A stretch of DNA of 64,000 nucleotides, taken from NCBI GenBank assembly GCA_964530335.1, contig CAZGYG010000006.1, positions 2,451 through 66,450 of the forward strand. The letters run 5' to 3'. Source of the DNA: an uncultured Rhodospirillaceae bacterium (GTDB lineage: Bacteria; Pseudomonadota; Alphaproteobacteria; SP197). The notes under the pieces were generated by a model. It saw only the letters and a program-made list of their open reading frames with translations. It did no database searches and was not told the origin of the DNA. A program made the translations under genes and the position numbers. Positions 1 to 8,140 of this stretch are shown here, piece by piece (position 1 is the first letter of the stretch; every line of letters begins with the position of its first letter).

Positions 1-417
1 GTCGCGCGTGACCACCGCGCCGGCGGCGACGAAGCAATACGGGCCGAGCACCACGCCGCACAGGATGGTGGCGTTGGCGCCCACGGTGGCGCCGCGCCGC
101 ACCAGGGTGGGCCGGATCTCGGCATGCCGGTCGATCCCGGCGCGCGGGTTGGCGACGTTCGTGAACACGGCGGACGGCCCGACGAACACCTCGTCCTCGA
201 GGGTCACGCCGGTGTAGAGGCTGACGTTGTTCTGGATCCGGCAGCGGTCGCCGACCGTCACGTCCGCCCCGACCATGACGTTCTGGCCGAGCACGCAGTC
301 GCGCCCGATCCGGCTGCCCGCGAACACGTGGCAGAAGTGCCAGACCCGGGTGCCCAGGCCGATCGAGCACGGCTGGTCGATGACCGCGCTGGCGTGGATG
401 AACGGGTCCACGGTCAA
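1..417 (-). CDS. Hexapeptide-repeat N-acetyltransferase (WbpD/PglD-like); only the N-terminal part is present because the gene runs off the window start
   Basis: Minus-strand translation gives left-handed beta-helix hexapeptide repeats (...VIDQPCSIGLGTRVWHFCHVFAGSRIGRDCVLGQNVMVGADVTVGDRCRIQNNVSLYTGVTLEDEVFVGPSAVF...). A TTG/GTG start overlaps the stop of the upstream oxidoreductase (GTGA/TTGA). Not in the ORF track because it is partial. Confidence 0.7.
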   Translation of the reverse strand, partial: MTVDPFIHASAVIDQPCSIGLGTRVWHFCHVFAGSRIGRDCVLGQNVMVGADVTVGDRCRIQNNVSLYTGVTLEDEVFVGPSAVFTNVANPRAGIDRHAEIRPTLVRRGATVGANATILCGVVLGPYCFVAAGAVVTRD

Positions 418-1433
418 GCGCCGGCGGCGCGGGCGAGCGGCCGCGGCAGGATGGGCGCGCAAGGATGGGCGCCGGCCATGGCGCGCTCGGCCGCGTCGAG
501 CACGGCAAGCACGCGCACCCCTTCCCAGCCGTCGGTCAAGGCCGGCGCCCGATCGGCGATGCGGGCCAGGAAATGGCGCGCCTGGGCGACCAATGGCTCG
601 ACCGGCTCGAGCGCGATCGGTTCGCTCGCGCCGCGCTCGGCCACGACGCCACCTTCGTCCAGGCGCACGCGGCACGGCTGGATCGTCAGCTTGTCCGGCC
701 ACGGCCGCCCGTCGTCGAACACCGCCATGGCGTCCTCGCCGACCACCGCGAGCCGCTGCTCCTTGAACGGATGCAGCCACGATACGAACACGTAGGCCGA
801 CAGACCGTCGGCGAACTCGAGGGTGGTGCTGGTCACGTCGGCCACGGCGGAGTCGATATGGCGGCTGCCGATGGCCTGGACCCGCACCGGCATGGCGCCG
901 GCGAGCGCCAGGATCATGGAGACGTCGTGGGGCGCGAAGCTCCACAGGATGTTCTCCTCGCGCCGCACCCGCCCGAGGTTGAGCCGCGTGGCGTGGACGT
1001 AGCGCAGCGCCCCGAGCCGCCCCGCCGCCACCAGGCCGGCGAGCTGGGCGAACGCCGGATGGTAACGCAGCACGTGCCCGACCATGAGCACCCGGTCGGT
1101 GGCGAGTTCGGCCAGCGCAACGGCCTGGTCGAGCCCGAGCGCGAGGGGCTTTTCGACCAGCACGTCCTTGCCGGCGGCGAGCGCCCGGCGCACCAGCGCG
1201 CCGTGGCTGGCCGCCGGGGCCGCGATCACGACCGCGGGAATCGTGGCGTCATCGAGAATGGCGTCGAGCGTCCGGGCCGCGACACCGTGGCGCGCGGCGA
1301 TGGTCCGGGCGCGTTCGGGGTCCGGGTCGTGGACCGCGCCGAGCGCGCCCTCGGCCGCCAGCACCCGCGCGTGGTTGGCGCCCCACGGCCCGACCCCGAT
1401 GACCGCGACGGCCGCCGCGGGGCCAGAGCCCAT
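414..1433 (-). CDS. Gfo/Idh/MocA-family NAD-dependent sugar oxidoreductase (WbpB-like UDP-sugar 3-dehydrogenase)
   Basis: 339-aa ORF with an N-terminal Rossmann motif (VIGVGPWGANHARV), a EKP motif (VLVEKPLAL) and a C-terminal Gfo/Idh/MocA alpha/beta domain. Adjacent to the hexapeptide acetyltransferase, as in wbpB-wbpD clusters. Confidence 0.8.
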   Translation of the reverse strand: MGSGPAAAVAVIGVGPWGANHARVLAAEGALGAVHDPDPERARTIAARHGVAARTLDAILDDATIPAVVIAAPAASHGALVRRALAAGKDVLVEKPLALGLDQAVALAELATDRVLMVGHVLRYHPAFAQLAGLVAAGRLGALRYVHATRLNLGRVRREENILWSFAPHDVSMILALAGAMPVRVQAIGSRHIDSAVADVTSTTLEFADGLSAYVFVSWLHPFKEQRLAVVGEDAMAVFDDGRPWPDKLTIQPCRVRLDEGGVVAERGASEPIALEPVEPLVAQARHFLARIADRAPALTDGWEGVRVLAVLDAAERAMAGAHPCAPILPRPLARAAGA

Positions 1434-1437
1434 GATC

Positions 1438-2577
1438 CTAGAGCAGGCGGCGCTGGGGCGAGCGCAGCCAGCGGCGCAAGAGCGGGCTGGTCGCCCGGAG
1501 CACGATCGCCGCGTAGACCGCGGCCACGAGCCCGGCCCAGGCGAGCGTCCACGCCGGCCACGCGAGCGCCAGCACGGCGGGAACCCCGATCAACGCCAGA
1601 TAGCAGACCAGCACCCAGCGCGGCGCCATGCGGCGCAGCAGGAAATGGTGCAAGTGGTGCTTGTCCGGGTCGAACGGCGAGCGGCGCGACGCGACGCGCC
1701 ACACCATGAGCCTGAGGCAATCGATCACGGGCACCAGGAACCACAGCGCCACGACATCGGCGGGCAAGTTGGCGGGCGCCCGGTTGTAGGCGTAGATCGC
1801 GACGATCGCGACCACCATGGTGATGGCGTAGGTGCCCGAATCGCCCAGGAACAGCCGGCCCGAAAGATTGAAGCCGAGCGTGATCGCGAGCGCCGCGGCG
1901 AAGGCGGCGAGCAGCGGCGCGAGTTCGGGCGGACCGTACACGACCAGGAGCAGGCTCCAGATCAGGCAGGCGCCGAGCGCCAGACCGTTGATGCCGTCGG
2001 CCATGTTCATGGCGTTGACCAGCCCGATCAGGCACAGCGCCGTGAACAGCAACGAAAACGGGTAGAGCCCGAGCGGCGAGGAGGCGAAGGTGAAGCGCAG
2101 CCCGGTGACGACGAACTGGTCGGGCGCGATGTTCAGCACCACCAGCGCGATGACCGTGGCCAGCGCGAGCCGGTACTTGGGCTTGATGTCGTGCTGGTCG
2201 TCGACGAGCCCGAGGACGAAGAACGCCGCCGCCGTGACCGCGAGCGCCGGGTAGAGCCGATCGTCCGGGTTGTCGAGCGCGAGCGCGCCGCAATAGACGA
2301 CGAAGGGCGCCACGATCGCCAGGCCGCCGACCAGCGGCGTCGGCCGGGCGTGGCGCTTGCGCCGGCCGTCCGGGTGATCGACGACGCGGAGCACGTTCGC
2401 GATGGTCGGCGCCGAGAGGCACAGCAACAGGGTGAGCCCGCACAGGAAGACGAAATCGACGACGAACCGGGCCCAGATACCGTCCGAGAGTCCCGAAGCG
2501 ATCAGCGTCACGGCAGTGTCATGGCGTCGCCCGCCAGCCCCCCGTCCGGTCGTGCCACAGGGCCCGCCAAAAGACAA
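1438..2577 (-). CDS. Glycosyltransferase family 4 (MraY/WecA/WbpL-like) undecaprenyl-phosphate sugar-1-phosphate transferase
   Basis: Polytopic membrane protein with the GT4 signature VNAMNMADGINGLALG and multiple TM helices. The start codon is uncertain and may be an internal start. Confidence 0.8.
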   Translation of the reverse strand: MSFGGPCGTTGRGAGGRRHDTAVTLIASGLSDGIWARFVVDFVFLCGLTLLLCLSAPTIANVLRVVDHPDGRRKRHARPTPLVGGLAIVAPFVVYCGALALDNPDDRLYPALAVTAAAFFVLGLVDDQHDIKPKYRLALATVIALVVLNIAPDQFVVTGLRFTFASSPLGLYPFSLLFTALCLIGLVNAMNMADGINGLALGACLIWSLLLVVYGPPELAPLLAAFAAALAITLGFNLSGRLFLGDSGTYAITMVVAIVAIYAYNRAPANLPADVVALWFLVPVIDCLRLMVWRVASRRSPFDPDKHHLHHFLLRRMAPRWVLVCYLALIGVPAVLALAWPAWTLAWAGLVAAVYAAIVLRATSPLLRRWLRSPQRRLL

Positions 2578-2602
2578 GTTCGCGGTTGGTCCGCCGCGAC
2601 GG

Positions 2603-3493
2603 TCAAGGCAGCGGCCCGGGCCACGGGTCGTCGCTCAGACCGAGCACCCAATAGCCCAGCAGCCCGACAATTTCGTGGGTGGCGATCTTAATGGCTTCCA
2701 GATTCTCGAGCGGCGCGAAACCGAGCCCGAGGGCCGACGAGCCAAGAGTCCGGTAGTCCACCGGGTAGGGCACGACGTTCCAGCCGACGGCGCGAAAGCA
2801 GCCGACCGCACGCGGCATATGCGCGGCCGAGGTCACCAGCAGCCAGGTCTCGGCCGGCGCGGGCTGGACCAGCGCCTTCGACAACCGCGCATTCTCGGCC
2901 GTATTGCGCGCTTGGTCCTCGAACACGATGCGCTCGAGCGGGCCGCCGAGCTCGGCCACCAGGCGACGGGCGAACACGGCTTCCCCCGGTGCATCGACGA
3001 AGGCCGAGCTCGAGCCGCCGGTGACGACCAGCCGCGCCTGGGGATAGCGGCGGGCGAGGGTCAGAAGCGCCGCCACGCGGTCGGCCGCGTCGTTCAGCTC
3101 CACCGTGCCGTGGGTCACGCTCGCGCCGACGTTCGTGAACCCGCTCAGCACGATGACCCCGTCGGCCCGGTCCGGCAGCGGAGCCATCGGAAACCGCTCC
3201 TCGAGCCGGGCGAGCAACGCCGGTCCCACGGGAACGATCGCCAGGCCGAGGGCGAGCCCGACGGTCGCCGTGACGATCCCTCGCCCGAGCGCGCGTCGCC
3301 CGGTCCACAGCAGCGCGGCGCCCAGCGCCAGGAACGCCAGGCCGATGGTCGCCGGGTCGATGGCGTAGGCGGCAAGCTTGGACAGGACGAACACGGGACC
3401 GGGCTGGCGGAATTCGGCGGCCACGATATCACGGCGCCGGCGGCTCGGCCGGAACGTTGACCTCGACAGGGCCGGGCGGGCTCGGTAAGCCAT
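2603..3493 (-). CDS. DUF218 / YdcF-ElyC-family envelope protein
   Basis: N-terminal TM helices followed by a DUF218-like domain (GVIVLSGF...VVTGGSS...ENTAENAR). Start taken at MAYRARP; the longer 2603..3520 ORF would overlap the divergent flippase start. Confidence 0.6.
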   Translation of the reverse strand: MAYRARPALSRSTFRPSRRRRDIVAAEFRQPGPVFVLSKLAAYAIDPATIGLAFLALGAALLWTGRRALGRGIVTATVGLALGLAIVPVGPALLARLEERFPMAPLPDRADGVIVLSGFTNVGASVTHGTVELNDAADRVAALLTLARRYPQARLVVTGGSSSAFVDAPGEAVFARRLVAELGGPLERIVFEDQARNTAENARLSKALVQPAPAETWLLVTSAAHMPRAVGCFRAVGWNVVPYPVDYRTLGSSALGLGFAPLENLEAIKIATHEIVGLLGYWVLGLSDDPWPGPLP

Positions 3494-3512
3494 GCGCGGT
3501 CGGGAGGCAGCG

Positions 3513-4736
3513 ATGAACAAGCCCGGACGTCCCAGTTACGGCGCGCGCCTGGGCATCGGCGTGATCCACGCGCTGTTCCCGCTCGTCCCCCTCGTTTACC
3601 TGACGCGCGTGCTCAGCCCCGCCGAGCTCGGCTTCATCGGCCTGACGCTCGCCGGCACCATGATCGTCCAGGACCTCATCGCGCTGCGGGCCGAATCCGC
3701 GGTCGGCGGGGCCGAAGGCCCGAACGGGCCGCGTGCCACGCTCGATCGCGGCGTGGTGCTGGGCGTCGCGCTCGGCGGCTTGGCTATCGCGGGCGCCGCG
3801 TGCGCCGTGCTCGCCTTCGCCTTGCCGCGCTTTTCCGCCGTCTTCGCCCTGGCGCCGACGCTGGCGGCGATTCGCTTCATCGGCATGCTCGAATTGGCCG
3901 GGGTCACCGACGAAGGCCGGGCCAACCGGCACGGGGTCATTACCGCCGTGGGCAACCTGACCGGCTTCGCCTTGACCATCGGCTTCATCTCGGCGCTGGA
4001 GCTCAGTTGGGCGGGGCGCATCCTGGCGCTCGTCGTCGCCGAGGGCGGGGTCGTCGCCGTGCGCCTGGCGGTGCTCGCGCGTCTGGGCAAGCCGCACCGG
4101 GTCGCCTGGGATGCGGCGCGCGGCCGGACCCTGATCCACGAAGCAAGGCCCGAGCTGATCACCAGCTTGCTCGCCGTCGCGCTCGATCACGCCTCGCGCC
4201 TGGTCGCGCTGGGCGCGCTCGGCATGGCCCAGGTCGGGTTCCTGGTGGTCGCCTACCGGGTCGGCGCCGCCGTCCCGGCGATCAACAAGTCGCTGGCCTT
4301 CGCGCTCGGTCCCCGGGTCTGGGCCCGGATGGACGCGGGCGACCTGCGGGGCCTGGTGCGGCTGCACCTGGTCTATGGCGGCGCCGTGCTGGCCCTCGCG
4401 CTCGTCGTGGCGGGCGCCTGCCTGATCGCCACGGACGACGTGTTCGGCGCGGCCTTCGCAGTCGCGGCGCCCGCCGCCGCCGCTGTCTCGGTTGGGTACG
4501 GCTTCAAGGGGTTCCAGCGCGTGGCCGGGTTCATGCGCACCCGGCTCGGCATGCCCGCGCCCGACCCGTGGCATCAGGCGCTCGCCGTCGCGCTCGTGGT
4601 CGCGGTGGGTCTCGGGTTAGCGCCGAGCCTGGGCGTCACGGGGCTCGCGTTGGCGACGGCGCTGGGGCTCGCGACGGTGGCCGTGCTTTCGGTCGTGGGC
4701 GCCTACCGGGAATTCCTGGGCCGGCGCGGTCAGTAG
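3513..4736 (+). CDS. Polysaccharide/O-antigen flippase (Wzx/RfbX-like, MOP superfamily)
   Basis: About 12-TM protein with a typical Wzx N-terminus (GARLGIGVIHALFPLVPLVYLTRVLSPAELGFIGL). RBS gggagg lies before the ATG at 3513. Confidence 0.75.
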   Translation: MNKPGRPSYGARLGIGVIHALFPLVPLVYLTRVLSPAELGFIGLTLAGTMIVQDLIALRAESAVGGAEGPNGPRATLDRGVVLGVALGGLAIAGAACAVLAFALPRFSAVFALAPTLAAIRFIGMLELAGVTDEGRANRHGVITAVGNLTGFALTIGFISALELSWAGRILALVVAEGGVVAVRLAVLARLGKPHRVAWDAARGRTLIHEARPELITSLLAVALDHASRLVALGALGMAQVGFLVVAYRVGAAVPAINKSLAFALGPRVWARMDAGDLRGLVRLHLVYGGAVLALALVVAGACLIATDDVFGAAFAVAAPAAAAVSVGYGFKGFQRVAGFMRTRLGMPAPDPWHQALAVALVVAVGLGLAPSLGVTGLALATALGLATVAVLSVVGAYREFLGRRGQ

Positions 4737-5881
4737 GCCAGCGACTTCTGGATCGTGAAGGTCGCGCGGGCCAGGATTTCGGCGATGCGCGGCCCGCTGT
4801 GGCCGTCGCCGTAAAGCCCATCGCGCGGGTAACCGCCGTGGGCGAGCTGGGTTTCGATCGCCTTCTTGATGGCGTGCCGGTCGTAACCGACGTCGATCAC
4901 GTTGCCGGCGCGCTCGCGCCGGTTCTGCCGCGTCCCGATGTTGACCGCCGGCACCCCGAGAAACGCCCCTTCGCGAATCGCGCTCGACGAATTGCCGATC
5001 AGGCACGCCGAGGAGGCGATGACCCGGGCGTAGTCCTCGACCGCGAAGTTGCGGAACAGGTGGATCGGGAACCCCGGGTGCCGCGCGACGAAAAGCCGCA
5101 GCCCCTTCGAGGTGCTGTCCGAGCCGGCGTCCACGTTGGGCCACAGCCAGACCGTCGGCATGGCCAGGGCATGGATCGCCGCCAGCGTCTCCTCGATCTG
5201 GTGGAAGGCATCGCGGTACTCGGTCGTCACCGGATGCTGGAGCACGACGACGAAAGGCTTCGAGGCATCGAGCGAGGCGCCGGCGCCGCCGTGGGCATCG
5301 AAGAAATCCGCCGGCAGCCCGCGCTCGATGCCGACCAGCGGATCGAGCGACGGACATCCCGTGACGTGGACGGTTTCCGGCGCCTCGCCCATGCGGATCA
5401 GCCGCTCGCGCGACAGCTCGGTGGTCGCGAAATGCAGGTGCGCGAGCTTGCTGATGGCGTGGCGCACGCTTTCGTCGATCGAGCCGGTCACCTCGCCGCC
5501 CTGAGTGTGCGCGAGGGGAATGTTCATGTACGAGGCGGCGACCGCCGTGGCGAGCGTCTCGAACCGGTCGGCCACCGTCAGCACCACGTCGGGCTTGAGA
5601 TTCTCGAACTGGGTTGTCAGCTCGATGATGCCGAGCCCGGTCGACTTGGCCATGGTCGCCGGGTTTTCGCCCTCGATGATCGAGTAGACCCTGGCGGCGG
5701 GCTGGAAGCCGTCGCGCTCGATGACCTCGACAGCCGAACCGTAGCGGAACAGCAACGCCGAAGCGCCGACGATGAGCACGAGCTCGAGGTCGGGACGATC
5801 GCGCACCGCGGCCATGACCGACTTGATGCGGCCGTAGTTCGCCCGGCTGGCGACGACGACGCAGATCTTGCGGCGCGCCAT
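4730..5881 (-). CDS. neuC: UDP-N-acetylglucosamine 2-epimerase (hydrolysing), NeuC/LegG-like
   Basis: 383 aa with strong similarity to the NeuC family (ICVVVASRANYGRIKSVM...PDVVLTVADRFETLATAVAASYMNIPLAHTQGGEVTGSIDE...). Immediately upstream of a NeuB-like synthase. Confidence 0.85.
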   Translation of the reverse strand: MARRKICVVVASRANYGRIKSVMAAVRDRPDLELVLIVGASALLFRYGSAVEVIERDGFQPAARVYSIIEGENPATMAKSTGLGIIELTTQFENLKPDVVLTVADRFETLATAVAASYMNIPLAHTQGGEVTGSIDESVRHAISKLAHLHFATTELSRERLIRMGEAPETVHVTGCPSLDPLVGIERGLPADFFDAHGGAGASLDASKPFVVVLQHPVTTEYRDAFHQIEETLAAIHALAMPTVWLWPNVDAGSDSTSKGLRLFVARHPGFPIHLFRNFAVEDYARVIASSACLIGNSSSAIREGAFLGVPAVNIGTRQNRRERAGNVIDVGYDRHAIKKAIETQLAHGGYPRDGLYGDGHSGPRIAEILARATFTIQKSLAY

Positions 5882-5885
5882 GGCC

Positions 5886-6935
5886 TCAGGGTTCCAAGTC
5901 GTCCTGGACGAGCACGCGGTCGGCGGGCACGTCGCGAGCGAGCCGGCGGCCGATGCAAAGGCCGAGCTCGCGGGCCGGGATGCCGTCCGCCGGCTTCTTC
6001 GTCGTCAGCATGGCGGCGTCGAGCACGGTGCCACGCCGCTGCGGCCGCACCAGGGCGACGCTCTTGTTGAACAGGGCGCGCACGTGGGCGAGTTCGGCGT
6101 TCGCCGCGTCCTTGTCGACCGGGTGCGTGTCGATCTCGTGAATGGCGTCGCGCGCCTCGGCCAGCGTGCGCAACTGGTCGAGCGTGAGCGATGACGGCAC
6201 GTCGGGCCCGAACATGGCCTTGTGGAACGTGGCGTGAACCTCGATCACCGCGGCGCCCCGCGCCATGGCGGCGAGCGCCGGATAAACCGTGCCGCTGTGG
6301 TCGGACAGCCCGACCGGGGCGCCAAACCGCCGCATCTGGTCCATGACGTTGAGCCCGACGGCGGCCAGCGGCGTGGGGTAGCGGCTGGTGCACTGGAGCA
6401 CCGCGAAAGCCACGCCCGCGCGGTCGAAGCGCGCGACCGCGGCCGCGATCTCGTCCCAGCCGCTCGCCCCTGTGCTGAGCAGGATCGGCTTGCCCGAGCC
6501 GATCATGGCGTCGAGCAGCGGCGGATTGCTGATCTCGCCCGAGGCGACCTTCCAGGCGCCGATGCCGAGGGCTTGCAGCACTTCGAACGCGGCCATGGAG
6601 AACGGCGACGACAGGAACACGAGCCCGCGCTCCTCGGCGTGGGACTTAAGCCCGGCCCATTGCTCGGGCGTGAACTCCATGCGCTTCCAGTAGTCGTAGC
6701 GAGTGGCGTCCGCGTAGGAGAACTTCACCCGGAAGGGTTCGGCCGGGGTCGATTCGGCGTGCGCGATGTGGGTCTGGAACTTCACCGCGTCGGCGCCCGC
6801 CGCGGCGAAGGCGTCGACGAAGCTGTGGGCGAGCCCGAGCGAGCCGTCGTGGCTCTGCGCCACCTCGGCGATCACGAAGCACTTGGCCCCGGCGCCAACG
6901 GTCCGGCCGGCCACGCTGAAGCGATCGACGGGCAC
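5886..6935 (-). CDS. neuB: N-acetylneuraminate / nonulosonic acid synthase (NeuB/LegI/PseI family)
   Basis: 349 aa with a NeuB TIM-barrel (KCFVIAEVAQSHDGSL...GADAVKFQT...LSTGASGWDEI) and a C-terminal SAF/antifreeze-like domain. Confidence 0.85.
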   Translation of the reverse strand: MPVDRFSVAGRTVGAGAKCFVIAEVAQSHDGSLGLAHSFVDAFAAAGADAVKFQTHIAHAESTPAEPFRVKFSYADATRYDYWKRMEFTPEQWAGLKSHAEERGLVFLSSPFSMAAFEVLQALGIGAWKVASGEISNPPLLDAMIGSGKPILLSTGASGWDEIAAAVARFDRAGVAFAVLQCTSRYPTPLAAVGLNVMDQMRRFGAPVGLSDHSGTVYPALAAMARGAAVIEVHATFHKAMFGPDVPSSLTLDQLRTLAEARDAIHEIDTHPVDKDAANAELAHVRALFNKSVALVRPQRRGTVLDAAMLTTKKPADGIPARELGLCIGRRLARDVPADRVLVQDDLEP

Positions 6936-7010
6936 AATGCCCTCCGCGAACGACTCGGTTCACTCTTGGCCCGCCTTCGCCGATGGGTCAAGGCGCTCGG
7001 CCGCGCTCGA

Positions 7011-7110
7011 CCCCCGCCCGGGCGCGCGGGCGCGCGTCCCATCGCCGAGCCCGTCCTTGCCCCACCCTCTCACGCCGCTGCTCGCCGGCCTCGCCTCCAT
7101 CTCGGTGCGC
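7011..7110 (+). repeat. Diverged direct-repeat copy A of the upstream region and first about 20 codons of the acyl-CoA synthetase gene (a pseudo-start)
   Basis: cccccgcccgggcgcgcgggcgc (23/23 identical) and atcgccgagcccgtccttgccccaccctctcacgccgctgctcgcc (46/46 identical) are shared with 8029-8140. The copy encodes LPHPLTPLLAG... and terminates after 28 codons. Confidence 0.85.
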
Positions 7111-7281
7111 AGGATCGCCTCGCCCGGACGGATGCCGTAGCCCTCCACCGTCGGCGGGGGCGGCGTCGCGGGCCAGGTCATGGTCAAATGGATTTATTGT
7201 TCCTTGACAACAGTTTGCCGACAGTGGACGGAGCCCCCATGTTTGGGCTACAATGTGGCTCAACATAAGGAGTTCCGGCCC

Positions 7282-7539
7282 ATGAGGACCGTTGTTCGTG
7301 CGCGCATCGATGAGCGGGTGAAGAACGATGCCGCCGCCGTGCTGGCGTCCATCGGGCTTACCGTGTCCGACGCCTTCCGTCTCATGATGGTGCGCATCGC
7401 CACCGAGAAGCGGCTGCCTTTCGAGCCGCTGGTGCCTAATGCGGAGACCATCGAGGCCATGCAGGCCGCCCGGCGCGGCGACGTGGTCACCGTCGGCAGC
7501 GTGGACAACCTGCTGGCGGATCTGAATGCGGACGATTAG
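7282..7539 (+). CDS. dinJ: DinJ/RelB-family type II antitoxin
   Basis: 85 aa (MRTVVRARIDERVKNDAAAVLASIGLTVSDAFRLMMVRIATEKRLPFE) with strong similarity to E. coli DinJ. The locus is locally low in GC. Confidence 0.85.
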   Translation: MRTVVRARIDERVKNDAAAVLASIGLTVSDAFRLMMVRIATEKRLPFEPLVPNAETIEAMQAARRGDVVTVGSVDNLLADLNADD

Positions 7540-7807
7540 ACGCACCACCGCCTTCAAGCGCGACTACAAACGTGAGAAGAAGGGTCGGCATCGCCAGACG
7601 CTCGACGACGAGCTGTCGAAGGCGGTAGGGATGCTCGCCGCCGACGAGCCGCTTCCGCAGCGTTATCACGACCATCTCTTGGCCGGGGAATGGAACGATC
7701 ATCGGGATTGCCACATCAAGCCCGATCTGGTGGTGATTTACCGGAAGCCGGGCGACGAGACGCTCGTTCTGGTGCGCCTCGGTTCTCACAGCGAACTTGG
7801 GGTGTGA
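7526..7807 (+). CDS. yafQ: YafQ/RelE-family mRNA interferase toxin
   Basis: 93 aa (…FKRDYKREKKGRHRQ…LPQRYHDHLLAGEWNDHRDCHIKPDLVVIYR) with strong similarity to E. coli YafQ. Overlaps dinJ by 14 nt. Confidence 0.85.
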   Translation: MRTIRRTTAFKRDYKREKKGRHRQTLDDELSKAVGMLAADEPLPQRYHDHLLAGEWNDHRDCHIKPDLVVIYRKPGDETLVLVRLGSHSELGV

Positions 7808-7849
7808 CCGCTGAGGTCCCCTACCTGTAAGCTCCCGCCGCCGGATTGA

Positions 7850-8029
7850 GGACATATCTCCTCTCCGTTCAAGCGCCGGCGCCAATCCCTCGCCGCGGCC
7901 GATCTTGCGGGACATCAGGCTCTCCATCCGCTCGACGAAAACATCGATCAGCACCTCGCCCGCGGGCCCACGCCGGGTCTCGGTGCGGGCCTGGGTGTTG
8001 GGGACGGTGTTGTAGACGGTCGGCCGCAC
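7850..8029 (-). pseudogene. Possible N-terminal remnant (about 60 codons) of an unidentified gene, lying between the relE stop and repeat copy B
   Basis: The minus-strand ORF begins MRPTVYNTVPNTQARTETRRGPAGEVLIDVFVERMESLMSRKIGRGEG and then runs antisense into relE. Only the first about 60 codons lie outside relE. No family recognised. Confidence 0.2.
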
Positions 8030-8140
8030 CCCCGCCCGGGCGCGCGGGCGCTATAGTCCCGCGTCGCATCGCCGAGCCCGTCCTTGCCCCACCCTCTCAC
8101 GCCGCTGCTCGCCCCCGGCTCGATCGCCTTCGTCGGCGCC
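8029..8140 (+). repeat. Direct-repeat copy B: the genuine upstream region and 5' end of the acyl-CoA synthetase gene
   Basis: See 7011-7110. Contains the TTG start at 8084 (MPHPLTPLLAPGSIAFVGASP). Confidence 0.85.

Noticed and set aside
1084-2691. 535-aa plus-strand ORF, together with many other long overlapping ORFs in the track (for example 3800..6070 +, 5617..6393 -, 30270..31733 -, 58674..61721 +, 62589..63875 -)
   Set aside because: These have Arg/Pro/Ala/Gly-rich low-complexity translations lying antisense or out of frame to well-supported genes with clear family signatures. They are typical open-frame artefacts of about 70% GC DNA.
7487-8029. 180-aa minus-strand ORF as an intact gene
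   Set aside because: Two thirds of it is antisense to yafQ/relE. Only the first about 60 codons (7850-8029) lie in otherwise non-coding DNA, and these were retained only as a possible gene remnant.
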